Shown: positions 1 to 10,280 of the stretch, piece by piece | How positions within the stretch are numbered: position 1 is the first letter of the stretch | Layout: each line of letters opens with the position of its first letter | Origin: Candidatus Heimdallarchaeota archaeon | GTDB taxonomy: Archaea; Asgardarchaeota; Heimdallarchaeia; Heimdallarchaeales; Heimdallarchaeaceae | Assembly (NCBI GenBank): GCA_021399395.1 | Contig: JAAFKJ010000017.1 | Span: forward strand, 1 to 38,321 | Direction: 5' to 3' | Length of the DNA: 38,321 bases | Made by a program: the position numbers and the translations under genes | Notes under the pieces: model-generated | What the model was told of the DNA's origin: nothing | Databases searched by the model: none | The model's input: only the letters and a program-made list of their open reading frames with translations

Positions 1-29
1 AAAGAAGTAAAAAAAACAATTGAATGATT

Positions 30-2042
30 TCATTCAGTTTTATACTTGTTAAACCACTCAACTATTTTCGCTAATCTATCCTTCACATGTTTGGGTTTTC
101 CTGATCTGCTTAATTCATGTCCTTCCTCAGGATATCTAATTAATTCTGCTTCAACACCTACTTTTAGGAGGGATGAAAAGTATTCTTCTCCTTGATGTAT
201 TGGAACTCTAAAATCTGTTTCAGAATGAATTATCCTTGTAGGTGTCTTTACTTTGTCAACATAAGCAATAGGTGAAAGATCCCACAGAGACTTCATATCT
301 TCCCAAGGATAAGCACCTAGTTCATTTTTCATCAATTGGGTAACATCTGTTGTTCCCCAGAAACTGACACAATTGTAGACTCCTCGTTGAGGTACAGCTG
401 CTTTGAAACGTGTATCATGCCCTATAATCCAAGCGGTCATGTATCCTCCATAGGAACCACCTGTAATGAACAGATTCTCCTTATCAGTATAACCACGTTC
501 AATTACTTGATCTACGCCTTTCAAGATGTCTTGTTCTGGTTTAGTTCCCCAGTTTTTTATGATATATCTGAAATCATACCCTCTACCACTTGAACCCTGT
601 GGATTACAATAAAAGATTACATACCCTTGTGAAGCAAAATACTGATACTCAAACCACATTGAAATTTCGTAAGGACTCCAAGTTGCATGAGGACCACCGT
701 GCATCTCTAGAATTAGTGGGTATTTTTTACTTTTATCAAAACCTGGTGGCTTAACAATCCATCCTTGAATTTCCACATCGTCATGTCCTTTATATCTAAT
801 TTCTTCTGTTTCAGCTATCACTTTTTCCTTAAGAAATTCTTCATTTGATTTCCATAGAGTCTTTAGCTCCTTATAGACGAAATCATAAGTTTGTAGGATT
901 GAAATATTTTCTTTAGTTGAAACACTAATTGCGATTATACCCTGTGTACTATCTACATCATATGAATTAATTAATGAATCTCCACCATAGATTTTTTCTA
1001 AGGTTTCTCTTTCAATATTGAATCTATAAACAGTATTTCTTTCCCATTCATCTGAAATGAAATACAAATAGGTAGATTCTGCGTCAAATATGGGTGAAAA
1101 GGAATGATTATCTATAGTTTCACTTACCCATTTCTCCAATCCTGTTGAAGTATTGTATAATTTTAGATGGCTGTTTTCAGTCGAAGGAAATTCTACGTTT
1201 ATTAAAGTATTATAGACGAGCCACCTACCATCTGGAGATAAACTGATTGCTGATCCGAAACCTGTAGCAACTCGTAGTACTTTCTCTTCTTTCGATTCAA
1301 TATCAATTTCAAGTATTTCAAATTCATACAAGTCGTTTAATTGACCTTTTTCCTGGGGCTTTACAGCAAATATTTTTTCATTGTTAGAACCGATAAATGG
1401 ACTGAGATAATTTAGAGAGCCACTTGTAATTCTTGTCGTTTCCTTTGAATCTAAATCTAGAATGTAGACATGACTTAGTCTATCATCCAGAAAATTAGTT
1501 CCTTTTCTATAAACAATCTTTGATATAACTCGAGGATCTAATTTTTCTTGCTCTTTTTCTTGCTCTTTCAAATTCTTGATTTTAGCATCAAGATCAGAAA
1601 GTTTCTCTTTCTTCTCATCATCTTTCTTATTTTCATCTTCTTGCTCTTCAAGATTTACTCGGTGTGTAAAAACAACTTTAGTGCCATCTAATGACCAATT
1701 AAATTCACCTACACCATCTTTCATATTTGTATATCGGAGAGCTTCACCCCCAGCAACTGGCATTATGAAAATTTGAGGTTTGGCTTTGTCTCCACCTCGA
1801 GCAGAAAGAAAAGCGATTCTGTCTTTTTGAGGAGAAAGTTTCATACTCTTATCTTGTGATAGACCGCTTGTAAATTGAATGGGTTCTTGATCCATAATTG
1901 TGTAAATTGCAGAATTGTACTTATTTTCTTTTTGATTCATCGTTTGTTCTTCAAATAGAATCGTCTTTTCTGGTAAAATCTTTGTAGTCATTACCCTTTT
2001 GAACGAAAACAAATCATCAAGTTCAAATTTCTTTTTTTCCAT
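30..2042 (-). CDS. S9 family peptidase (acylaminoacyl/dipeptidyl aminopeptidase-like; beta-propeller + alpha/beta hydrolase)
   Basis: HGGP motif, nucleophile elbow GGSYGG, D-F-R-V acid, YPEEGHEL catalytic His; N-terminal PD40-like repeats (SPQK, WSLDG, SPDG). Confidence 0.95.
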   Translation of the reverse strand: MEKKKFELDDLFSFKRVMTTKILPEKTILFEEQTMNQKENKYNSAIYTIMDQEPIQFTSGLSQDKSMKLSPQKDRIAFLSARGGDKAKPQIFIMPVAGGEALRYTNMKDGVGEFNWSLDGTKVVFTHRVNLEEQEDENKKDDEKKEKLSDLDAKIKNLKEQEKEQEKLDPRVISKIVYRKGTNFLDDRLSHVYILDLDSKETTRITSGSLNYLSPFIGSNNEKIFAVKPQEKGQLNDLYEFEILEIDIESKEEKVLRVATGFGSAISLSPDGRWLVYNTLINVEFPSTENSHLKLYNTSTGLEKWVSETIDNHSFSPIFDAESTYLYFISDEWERNTVYRFNIERETLEKIYGGDSLINSYDVDSTQGIIAISVSTKENISILQTYDFVYKELKTLWKSNEEFLKEKVIAETEEIRYKGHDDVEIQGWIVKPPGFDKSKKYPLILEMHGGPHATWSPYEISMWFEYQYFASQGYVIFYCNPQGSSGRGYDFRYIIKNWGTKPEQDILKGVDQVIERGYTDKENLFITGGSYGGYMTAWIIGHDTRFKAAVPQRGVYNCVSFWGTTDVTQLMKNELGAYPWEDMKSLWDLSPIAYVDKVKTPTRIIHSETDFRVPIHQGEEYFSSLLKVGVEAELIRYPEEGHELSRSGKPKHVKDRLAKIVEWFNKYKTE

Positions 2043-2105
2043 TTAAAAGCCACTTATTAATTTGAAATAAATTGAATTATCATTTTAATAATGTTTACAT
2101 GAATC

Positions 2106-2125
2106 TATGATTTGTTATAATCATA
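2106..2125. promoter_or_regulatory. Dyad TATGATT-N6-AATCATA in the divergent S9/MMPL promoter region; candidate operator
   Basis: Perfect 7-bp inverted repeat between the two divergent TATA-like boxes. Confidence 0.4.
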
Positions 2126-2171
2126 ATTTTAGAGTGTAAATTTTAAATACCCTTTATGCATTATTATTTGC

Positions 2172-4556
2172 TTGAAACAGATGGGCTTCATTGAGAGATA
2201 TCATAAGTTCCTTGAAAAATACAAGATAGTAATTATTCTTCTTTGGCTAGTTATTCTCGGAGTAGGCGCATGGTTAGGTCCAAGATTTTTAGATGAAACC
2301 TCATCTCATTTTGAAGCACCTGAAGATTCTCCAAGCGTTATCGCTGATGCAGTTCTTGCGGAAGAGTTCCCAGAATATGTTAACCAAACAAGTGTGGTTA
2401 TTATTCTACGAATGAGAGAGGACAATGTCAGTATAATTAACGCTCAAACTGAAACTTTCTGTTCAGATATTGAAACAGACATTACTAGCTCTGAGTTCAA
2501 TCAGTATATTGTATCTATACTGAACTATTATGTGTTAGTAGATGCAAATCTTAGTTCTTATGCATCAGCATTGATTTCCTCAGAAGAAAAGTCTATGATT
2601 ATCAACATTGAATTTGAATATCCAGAAGAGGGAGATGTCATCGGTACATTTGTTCAGTTTCTTAGAGAAGAAATAGAAAAACTCGCAACTACAGAAGATT
2701 ATGATGTTTATCTAACAGGTTTCTATGTAATGTACATTGACATGCAAGCAGCTACTGCAGAGGATCTGACAAAAATGGATATGATTGTTCTTCCAATAGC
2801 TTTAGTAGTTCTCGCTTTTGTTCTAAGAAGTCTTAAACTAATGATTATTCCAATAGCGTCTATGGGAATTAGTATCCTAGCTTCTTTTCTTATCATGTAC
2901 CCACTAGCTCTTGTTTGGGACATATTTTCATTTGTTCCCAGTGTAATGATGTCTTTGGTGATTGCTCTTTCCATTGATTATTCTTTATTCCTACTCACTC
3001 GATATAGAGAAGAAATTCTGAAAAAGAAATCTGTTTCAGAATCTGTTCTAATAATGAGCAAAAACGCAGGACATACTATTACTGTGTCAGGATTAATCCT
3101 CATAGTTTGCTACATGGGACTCATTTTCTTCCCATTAGAGCTTCTTTCAACTATAGGTCTTGGAGCAGCAGTAACGATATTCATAACACTAGGAGTAAAT
3201 CTTACGTTTACTCCAGCAATTCTCCTGACATTTGAAAATTTCTTCAAGAAATTCACTTTATACAAGAAATTGAGCAGAAAGAAAAAAGATGAGAAAGAGG
3301 ATGTCAAAGAGAGAGAAATTGCTGATCAACTAAAAAGTATATGGTATAAAATAGGAAGGTTTTCTACAAAATATGCTCCATTTCTAATCATTGCTATTAT
3401 TATTATCGCAATCCCAGTATCAATTCAAGTATTCAAGTTTCAACGGTCTATAGACTTCCTTCAGATACTTCCGAGGGGATCAGATTCAGACTTAGCTTAT
3501 ACAGCATTCAAAGAAGACTTCAGTCCAGGTCAAATGCTTCCTTTCTATCTGATAATCAAAACCAATCAGACTAATGGGCTTCATTCCACGGAATTCTTCA
3601 GTAATGCCAGTTTAATACTAGAAAGGCTTGTAACGGATACAGATGTTGATATAGAGAGTTTCACGTCGATTGTTTGTTTAGCTGGAACGTATGTGCCTTA
3701 TTCTTACGCTAGAAAATTCTTGAATGATTCTTATTCTGAATACTACACTTCAGAAGGAGCTATGTATAGACAAATCTTCGAAATAAATACAAATTCTGAT
3801 AATTCTACAACCACAATCAGTATAAACACACCATTTGATCCATGGGGAGATAATGCAGAGGAGTGGGTAAAAGCAACTCGATCAATCATAGATGAGGTTG
3901 AAGAAATCTATGGATACGCAATCTATCTAGCAGCTGGTTCAGCGTTTATGATAGATGCAATCGATGCAGTTTACAAACTCTTCCCACTGATGATTATTAT
4001 TACAATACTAGTAGTCTATATTATCATAGCACTAATGTTTCGCTCAGTATTCATACCCTTAAGATTAATATTGACAATAGGGTTGACTCTCTCTTGGATA
4101 TACGGGTTGAGCATCCTTGTTTTTGAAACAGCGACTTTCCATACGATTGTACCTGCACTGCAGAGAGTAACAGCTCTTTACTGGCTTGTTCCTATCATGT
4201 CTTTCACTATAATTATTGGATTAGGACTTGACTACGACATATTCCTACTTTCCAGAATCTCGGAATTCAGAGATAAGGGATTCACAGAAAAAGCTTCAAT
4301 TCACAAAGGGTTGTATAAAACGGGAAATGTCATATCATACGCAGGAATCATAATGGCAATAGCCTTCAGTGGATTAATGCTATCCAAAGAGATGGTATTA
4401 AATCAATTCGGTTTTATGCTCTGTATTGCTGTACTCATTGATACTTTCATTATTAGAACCATTCTTGTTCCAGCTATAATGTCACTCGCTGAGAAATGGA
4501 ATTGGTGGCCAAAGAAAGTACCAGAGCCAACAAAAACTGAAATGGACATTGATTAA
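2172..4556 (+). CDS. MMPL/RND family transporter (start may be ATG 2181)
   Basis: Two repeats of TM + large extracytoplasmic loop + 5 TM; proton-relay signatures SIDYSLFLLTRYREE and GLGLDYDIFLLSRISE; C-terminal NWWP. Confidence 0.93.
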   Translation: MKQMGFIERYHKFLEKYKIVIILLWLVILGVGAWLGPRFLDETSSHFEAPEDSPSVIADAVLAEEFPEYVNQTSVVIILRMREDNVSIINAQTETFCSDIETDITSSEFNQYIVSILNYYVLVDANLSSYASALISSEEKSMIINIEFEYPEEGDVIGTFVQFLREEIEKLATTEDYDVYLTGFYVMYIDMQAATAEDLTKMDMIVLPIALVVLAFVLRSLKLMIIPIASMGISILASFLIMYPLALVWDIFSFVPSVMMSLVIALSIDYSLFLLTRYREEILKKKSVSESVLIMSKNAGHTITVSGLILIVCYMGLIFFPLELLSTIGLGAAVTIFITLGVNLTFTPAILLTFENFFKKFTLYKKLSRKKKDEKEDVKEREIADQLKSIWYKIGRFSTKYAPFLIIAIIIIAIPVSIQVFKFQRSIDFLQILPRGSDSDLAYTAFKEDFSPGQMLPFYLIIKTNQTNGLHSTEFFSNASLILERLVTDTDVDIESFTSIVCLAGTYVPYSYARKFLNDSYSEYYTSEGAMYRQIFEINTNSDNSTTTISINTPFDPWGDNAEEWVKATRSIIDEVEEIYGYAIYLAAGSAFMIDAIDAVYKLFPLMIIITILVVYIIIALMFRSVFIPLRLILTIGLTLSWIYGLSILVFETATFHTIVPALQRVTALYWLVPIMSFTIIIGLGLDYDIFLLSRISEFRDKGFTEKASIHKGLYKTGNVISYAGIIMAIAFSGLMLSKEMVLNQFGFMLCIAVLIDTFIIRTILVPAIMSLAEKWNWWPKKVPEPTKTEMDID

Positions 4557-4577
4557 AGAAAAAGAGAAGAAGGGGGA

Positions 4578-6428
4578 TTAGAAGTATACAATCCCTATAG
4601 CTCTCCAGAAGAAAGGTAGTACAAAGGCTATCAACAATAAACCAAAGATATCTACAAGAAATCCTACTTTAACCATTTCTTTGACTTCATATTTCTCAGT
4701 ACTATAGGCAATCATGGTTGGAGGCGTACCTTGAGGTAGCATGAAATCAACACTTGAACCTATTGCTGCAACAACCGCCAATAGCACAGGATCTATTTTG
4801 AAGAGCAATCCTAAAGGTATAACCAAGGGGACAAGTATTGACGCTGATCCCGTATTCGACGCCATGAATGTCAAAATAATACTAACTACTGCTATTAATG
4901 CAATGAACACTATACCACTAGAAATACCAATTCCTTCTAAAGAATATGCTATTAAATCTCCTGCACCCGATTCTGTAAGAATAACACCCAGAGTTAATCC
5001 TCCTCCAAAAATTAGGATAGCATTCCAATTCAAATCGTTTATATCATTTCCTTTGAGTACTAAACTTTTATCAAATATTGCTGGAACAAACAGAAGGAAA
5101 GCTGCAATTATTGCGACAATTGAAGAAGAGAATGTTGGAAATAGGTACTTCTTTATTGTTCCTTCCAAGAACCATAGAATTAATGCTAAAAGAAATACAA
5201 GAAGCACATAGATTTGCTTCTTTTTTAGATGACCCATATTATCTAACTCTTTCTTTACTGCAGTTTTAGCATCTGATATGCTCTCTTTTGGCACTTCAGG
5301 TTTGTACACAAACCAAAGATAGAGCCAGATTAGAGGTAACATTAGAATAACAATTGGTAATCCAAAAATAAACCATTGACTAAAACTAATAGTTACACCA
5401 GCATATTGAGATAATAACGCAATTGCAATTGGATTCGCAGGAGTTCCTATGGCAGAGCCTATGCCTCCAAGTGAAGCACTATAAGCTATACCTAAAATCA
5501 GAGCTTTACCATACTTGTCTATTTTTTCTTCATCAATCTCTTTGTTAACTTTGAGCTTATCCGTTACTGCGACTGCAATAGGAATCATAGTTGCTGCTGT
5601 TGCTGTGTTACTCATAAACATAGACAGAAAGGCGGTAGCAACCATCATTAGAAGCATAAGAATTTTGGGTTTATTTGGGCTAATTCTTACAATGTTAAGT
5701 GAAATCCACTTATCCAAACCTGTCTTATTCATAGCTTTGGAGATAATGAATCCTCCTAAGAACAGAAATATTACTGGTTCTGCAAAAGGAGCAAGTAGAC
5801 CTTTTGCACTCAGATTTAAAGCAATAACACCTATAACCGGAATCATTAAACTTGTAGCTACAAGTGGTATGGTTTCCAATACCCATAAAACTCCCACTAC
5901 AAACAATAATGATAGAACAGCATTGGATTTATATGGTAATCGTAACGAAAAAATCATCCACTTCTGGTCTTTATAATCTGTTTCTAAAGAAGAAGCGGGT
6001 AATATTAGATCAAGCCCATCTTCGATACTACTTGAAATTTCAACACTGAAATTACCAATAGTTGGAACAGGATTTACAGTTTGGTTCATTGCATCCGTTA
6101 TAGATGCTCTAATAACCAGCTGTTTGTTATATCCTATCTGTACTTTGGGTGCATAAGCTAACCACAATGTAAGATTATCTCCCAAATCATATGTTTCTAT
6201 TACTTCAGGAAACGTTGTTCCATTGAACAATTCAAATGTAAAATTAACTTGTGTTGTATATTGATTAGTGCCATTATCGTAGAAACAGTGAAGTGTAGCT
6301 TCATGCAATGCTTCCTGTTTTTCACCTGCAACTGTACCTTGAGCAAAGCTCATGGTAAGTGCTATAACTGTAACCAGTAATACTACTGAAATACTTATCT
6401 TAGTTATTTCTTGCTTACTTATTTTCAT
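4578..6428 (-). CDS. DASS/SLC13 family sodium-coupled di/tricarboxylate or sulfate symporter with N-terminal extension
   Basis: Two SNT motifs (MSNTATAA, ASNTGSA), GTPANPIA and GTPPTMIA hairpins, FLFLGGF, WVLETIPL. Confidence 0.92.
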   Translation of the reverse strand: MKISKQEITKISISVVLLVTVIALTMSFAQGTVAGEKQEALHEATLHCFYDNGTNQYTTQVNFTFELFNGTTFPEVIETYDLGDNLTLWLAYAPKVQIGYNKQLVIRASITDAMNQTVNPVPTIGNFSVEISSSIEDGLDLILPASSLETDYKDQKWMIFSLRLPYKSNAVLSLLFVVGVLWVLETIPLVATSLMIPVIGVIALNLSAKGLLAPFAEPVIFLFLGGFIISKAMNKTGLDKWISLNIVRISPNKPKILMLLMMVATAFLSMFMSNTATAATMIPIAVAVTDKLKVNKEIDEEKIDKYGKALILGIAYSASLGGIGSAIGTPANPIAIALLSQYAGVTISFSQWFIFGLPIVILMLPLIWLYLWFVYKPEVPKESISDAKTAVKKELDNMGHLKKKQIYVLLVFLLALILWFLEGTIKKYLFPTFSSSIVAIIAAFLLFVPAIFDKSLVLKGNDINDLNWNAILIFGGGLTLGVILTESGAGDLIAYSLEGIGISSGIVFIALIAVVSIILTFMASNTGSASILVPLVIPLGLLFKIDPVLLAVVAAIGSSVDFMLPQGTPPTMIAYSTEKYEVKEMVKVGFLVDIFGLLLIAFVLPFFWRAIGIVYF

Positions 6429-6462
6429 TATTTTCCCTCTTATTTAGTTCTAGAAAGAACAT

Positions 6463-7353
6463 TCAGTAGAACTCCTTGGTTATAATATCGATTTGTTCTT
6501 TGCTCAAATCCAAAGGTGCGTGAGCAGGAATAACACCTTGATTGAGAGTGAAATCTCTCTCTTCATAGGTTGTTTTGTGTTCGATTTGATAGAAGATACC
6601 AATGGGCAGATTATCTTTGATGAATTTTTGGTTTGAAAGATCTAAAGCTGCATAGAAGTCTTCTTTATCATGATCTGTATCATCAACTTTGTAAACTCTT
6701 TCTCTGAAATAGTTGAAAGTTTGATTTCGATTGAAAGTTATACATGGGCTAAATACATCAACAAATGCAAAACCTCTGTGATCAATCGCTTCTTTGATAA
6801 TATAAGAAAGATGTTTAAGATCACCTGAAAAAGCTCTAGCAACAAAAGTGGCTCCAGCTGAAATCGCAGTTGCGATTGGATTAAGTGGATTTTCTATCGA
6901 TCCTCTTGGAGTAGTTCTTGTTATAGTGCCTACAGGTGTTGTTGCACTTGCTTGTCCAGTTGTTAGACCATAGACGAAGTTATTGGACACAATTGTAATA
7001 ATGTCTACATTTCTTCGACATGCATGCAAGAAGTGGTTTCCTCCGATACCATATATGTCACCATCGCCTCCATAAACTAAAACTGTAAGTTTCGGATTTG
7101 CTAGTCTTATTCCTGTAGCAACAGGTATTCCTCTCCCATGTACTGTTTGAAGACCATAGACTTTCAGAAAGTTTGGCATGTGTGAAGAACAGCCTATACC
7201 GCTTACCGCAACAACTTCCTCTGGTGGAATCTCTAATTCAATTAATGCTTGCCTAATAGCTCTCCATTGGGAGAAATTCCCACATCCAGGACACCACGTA
7301 GGTTTGAAATTACTCTCATAATCTTTAATTGTAAAGTTGAATTCTTCACTCAA
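6463..7353 (-). CDS. korB: 2-oxoacid:ferredoxin oxidoreductase beta subunit
   Basis: WCPGCG, SGIGCS, TPP motif GDGD...NN, SPCITFN; overlaps the alpha-subunit stop. Confidence 0.93.
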   Translation of the reverse strand: MSEEFNFTIKDYESNFKPTWCPGCGNFSQWRAIRQALIELEIPPEEVVAVSGIGCSSHMPNFLKVYGLQTVHGRGIPVATGIRLANPKLTVLVYGGDGDIYGIGGNHFLHACRRNVDIITIVSNNFVYGLTTGQASATTPVGTITRTTPRGSIENPLNPIATAISAGATFVARAFSGDLKHLSYIIKEAIDHRGFAFVDVFSPCITFNRNQTFNYFRERVYKVDDTDHDKEDFYAALDLSNQKFIKDNLPIGIFYQIEHKTTYEERDFTLNQGVIPAHAPLDLSKEQIDIITKEFY

Positions 7354-9094
7354 TATTTAACACCTCTTTAACTTTCGCAATAATTTGTGACGGGACTATT
7401 GGTTCTCCATCCCATCGTCTTAGATTGTGCTTGATGTCAAAACCAGTTTTCATTCGAATATAGTCATTCATTTGACCTGTAAAATTCTGCTCAACACAAA
7501 GGACTTCCTTCGCATTGCTTAGAATCTCTTTTACTTCTGTTTTGTGAAATGGATTAATAGCCTTTATATGTAATTGATTAGCTTCAATACCTTCTGCTTT
7601 TAGTAATTTGATTGCTTCTCTAAGTATATATTTTGTTGAACCCCATGAGACTAAAGTTATTGATGCTTCTTTTTCTCCGTAAATTTTTGGTTTTTCAAGT
7701 TCCTCTAAAATATACTCCAGCTTACGCATTCGTTTCTTAACCATTTCCTCTCTTATTGGAAGTGTTTCAGGTAATCCTGCTAATGTGGATGCAATAGATG
7801 TACCGCTTTCATTTCTTTCACTTGAACCAGTGAAAAACACCCCATTTTTGGTTCCAGGAAGAGTTCTTGGTGATACACCAGTTTTGGTAATCTTGTATCT
7901 AATATAGTCTTCAGAAGGTTTGTCCAAAATTGCAAACCTTGAGTTCTTCCGCTCTAAATCAAATTTTCTTACTGTTGCAATGTGTTCAGATAAATATAAG
8001 TCTAATAAAACTATAACAACAACTTGATATTTCTCAGCTATTTCAACAGCATCAACACCAACATTGAACGCTTCAATAACTGAACTTGGAGCCAAGATAA
8101 CCTTTGGAAATTCTCCTTGACTAATTCCATAAGCTTGGAAAAGATCTGCTTGTTCTGTTTTAGTTGCCATACCAGTTGACGGACCTGCTCGCTGTGAATT
8201 GATTACCACGAGCGGTATTTCCTCGATCCCTGCCATTCCAACTAGCTCAGACATAAGGCTAAAACCTCCACCAGATGTACCAGTTGCTGCACGAGCTCCA
8301 CAGTAAGCAGCACCAATCGCCATGCCTATAGCAGCAATTTCATCTTCAGTTTGTTTGACAATCATCCCAAGTTTAGGAAGATGTTTTGTCAGATAATGAA
8401 CAATGGAAGTGGCAGGAGTCATTGGATAGCCAGAATAGAACTTTAGGCCAGCTGAAATCATCCCAAGAGCTAAAGCTTCGTTTCCAGTAATAATCATCTG
8501 CTGAGCTTTTTCGTATTTGTGCTTTTCCCATTTTATCGGCCACTTGTTTTCTGTTGCAAATTTATCTCCCTTCTCCAGAGCTTCAAAATTTGTGAAAACA
8601 ACCTCTTCTCCCTTATGACCAAATTGCTCAACAATTACCTCTTTGATTAAAGTTTCATCTAACCCTAATATTTGGCTTATCGCTCCAAAACCTACTATGT
8701 TCTTCAAGACTTTTAATTTCGATATATCTTTAGTAATATTAGCTAAAGGAATTGGTAGTTTCTGAATATCTTCAGGATAATCGAGCTCATCTAAATTGAT
8801 GTAATCATTATCATAAATAACCATTGCATCCTTATTTACACGTACTCTGTGAATAGCTGCAACGGATTTGTTCAATAGAACGATGATGTCCGCTTCTTCT
8901 CCTATGGAAAGTACCTCGTCAGTTGATGCTCGAATCTGATATTCATTATATCCACCTCGAATAACAGATTGATAGCTTCTGAATCCAAGAACATTGAAAT
9001 TATGTTTTTTTAGGATTTTGCTGAAAAGGTTCCCTAAGGACACTAGACCGTCTCCCGCACTACCAACAAATCGAATAATAATATCCTTTGTCAT
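7346..9094 (-). CDS. korA: 2-oxoacid:ferredoxin oxidoreductase alpha subunit (gamma-alpha fusion)
   Basis: N-terminal gamma domain (GSAGDG, IRGG), GNEA, GYPMTP, EDEIAA, TSGGGFSL, RAGPSTG, EQNFTGQ. Confidence 0.94.
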   Translation of the reverse strand: MTKDIIIRFVGSAGDGLVSLGNLFSKILKKHNFNVLGFRSYQSVIRGGYNEYQIRASTDEVLSIGEEADIIVLLNKSVAAIHRVRVNKDAMVIYDNDYINLDELDYPEDIQKLPIPLANITKDISKLKVLKNIVGFGAISQILGLDETLIKEVIVEQFGHKGEEVVFTNFEALEKGDKFATENKWPIKWEKHKYEKAQQMIITGNEALALGMISAGLKFYSGYPMTPATSIVHYLTKHLPKLGMIVKQTEDEIAAIGMAIGAAYCGARAATGTSGGGFSLMSELVGMAGIEEIPLVVINSQRAGPSTGMATKTEQADLFQAYGISQGEFPKVILAPSSVIEAFNVGVDAVEIAEKYQVVVIVLLDLYLSEHIATVRKFDLERKNSRFAILDKPSEDYIRYKITKTGVSPRTLPGTKNGVFFTGSSERNESGTSIASTLAGLPETLPIREEMVKKRMRKLEYILEELEKPKIYGEKEASITLVSWGSTKYILREAIKLLKAEGIEANQLHIKAINPFHKTEVKEILSNAKEVLCVEQNFTGQMNDYIRMKTGFDIKHNLRRWDGEPIVPSQIIAKVKEVLNIE

Positions 9095-9154
9095 TGAGCT
9101 TTTCCTACCGTAATAAACGCTAACAGCTCAAGAAAAAGGTAACTTATAAAATGA

Positions 9155-9168
9155 TGTGTTTGAACACA
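9155..9168. promoter_or_regulatory. Dyad TGTGTT-TG-AACACA just upstream of the korAB TATA-like box (TTTTATAA, minus strand, 9144-9151)
   Basis: Perfect 6-2-6 inverted repeat in a short intergenic region. Confidence 0.35.
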
Positions 9169-9170
9169 AA

Positions 9171-10223
9171 TTAACCCATATACCAAACCAGTAAGACTAT
9201 TTCAAAAGGCAGAACTGCAAGAGCGATTAAGGTTAGTAAAGCGATTGAACGACTTGTGACCACTTCATCCAAATTGAAATACTTTGCAAATGCTGTGTTG
9301 GCAACAGCTGGTGGAGCTAAACTCTGAATAGTCATCGCTATAATCATACCTGCAGGAATTGGCAAGAAAAAGAGTATTAAAACCACTAACAACCCTCCAC
9401 CAAATCTAGCGATAGATTGTCTTACTAACGCAACTTCCTTCCACTCCTTCTTTTTAGGTAATTTGAAGCTTAATCCAACCAGAGCTAGCATTATTACCAT
9501 TGATATATCTTGGAAAATAACCACCGCTAAATGATCTCCAATCGAGAAGAAGCCTAAGGAAACTTGATTCAGATTTGTTAGTTCTGTAACATTGTTTTTT
9601 ACAAAATCAACAAAATGGTGAGCTATAGTAAGCTGTCCTAGAGAAAATCTAAGAATCAACCCAATTGCCATTCCAATTGTTGGAGGAAATAGTAACAATC
9701 CTTTAACTACTTTCCAAATCGATTTTTCCTCAGTAGAACCAAAATGCAATCCAAGATATACACCAATTGTATTTCGATAAAATGTTTGAACTATAAGATA
9801 CAGAGACGCCGCGAGCAAACCTTCTGCGAGCATATCTCCTGACATAATACCGATTATAATTGGAAACGGAAAGAACAGTGCATTCATAAAACCTGTAGTA
9901 CTTATCTCAGCACCAATTGTTTGACAAGGTAGATCCTTCTTTTTCTTTCGAATCATTAACCAGTCCAAAATCATTGAGAATCCCATACCTAGAGTGGTAA
10001 CTAGTACGATAAACCACCAATTAAGGCTAGTTAATGAGCCTGTATCCATATCTAGAAAAACAACAATTAGAAGTGCAGGAGTAAGAATGTTAATACCCGC
10101 AAACAACAGCCATTTACCAGCTTTTTCAGCTTTAGACCATTTTTGAAGGAGGAAACCACCTGCAATTCCAGCATAGATAATCAGTATCCTAATTGCTAGT
10201 TCTGCTATATAATGGAGTGCCAT
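9171..10223 (-). CDS. AEC (auxin efflux carrier/malate permease-like) family transporter
   Basis: About 10 TM helices in two halves; ILTPAL, FMNALFFPFPI, FPPTIG and LAPPAVAN crossover motifs. Confidence 0.75.
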   Translation of the reverse strand: MALHYIAELAIRILIIYAGIAGGFLLQKWSKAEKAGKWLLFAGINILTPALLIVVFLDMDTGSLTSLNWWFIVLVTTLGMGFSMILDWLMIRKKKKDLPCQTIGAEISTTGFMNALFFPFPIIIGIMSGDMLAEGLLAASLYLIVQTFYRNTIGVYLGLHFGSTEEKSIWKVVKGLLLFPPTIGMAIGLILRFSLGQLTIAHHFVDFVKNNVTELTNLNQVSLGFFSIGDHLAVVIFQDISMVIMLALVGLSFKLPKKKEWKEVALVRQSIARFGGGLLVVLILFFLPIPAGMIIAMTIQSLAPPAVANTAFAKYFNLDEVVTSRSIALLTLIALAVLPFEIVLLVWYMG

Positions 10224-10246
10224 TGAATGAGCAAGTAGAGTGCGAT

Positions 10247-10258
10247 TAATAAATCTTT
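10247..10258 (-). promoter_or_regulatory. BRE/TATA promoter AAAGATTTATTA, 23 bp before the AEC ATG (probably leaderless)
   Basis: Archaeal-type box; identical 12-mer at 12251-12262. Confidence 0.6.
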
Positions 10259-10280
10259 TATTTGTGCGGAAAAGAAAAAA

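Noticed and set aside
1535-1655. Charged E/K-rich insert in the first S9 peptidase
   Set aside because: Variable charged loops at this propeller position are common in this subfamily
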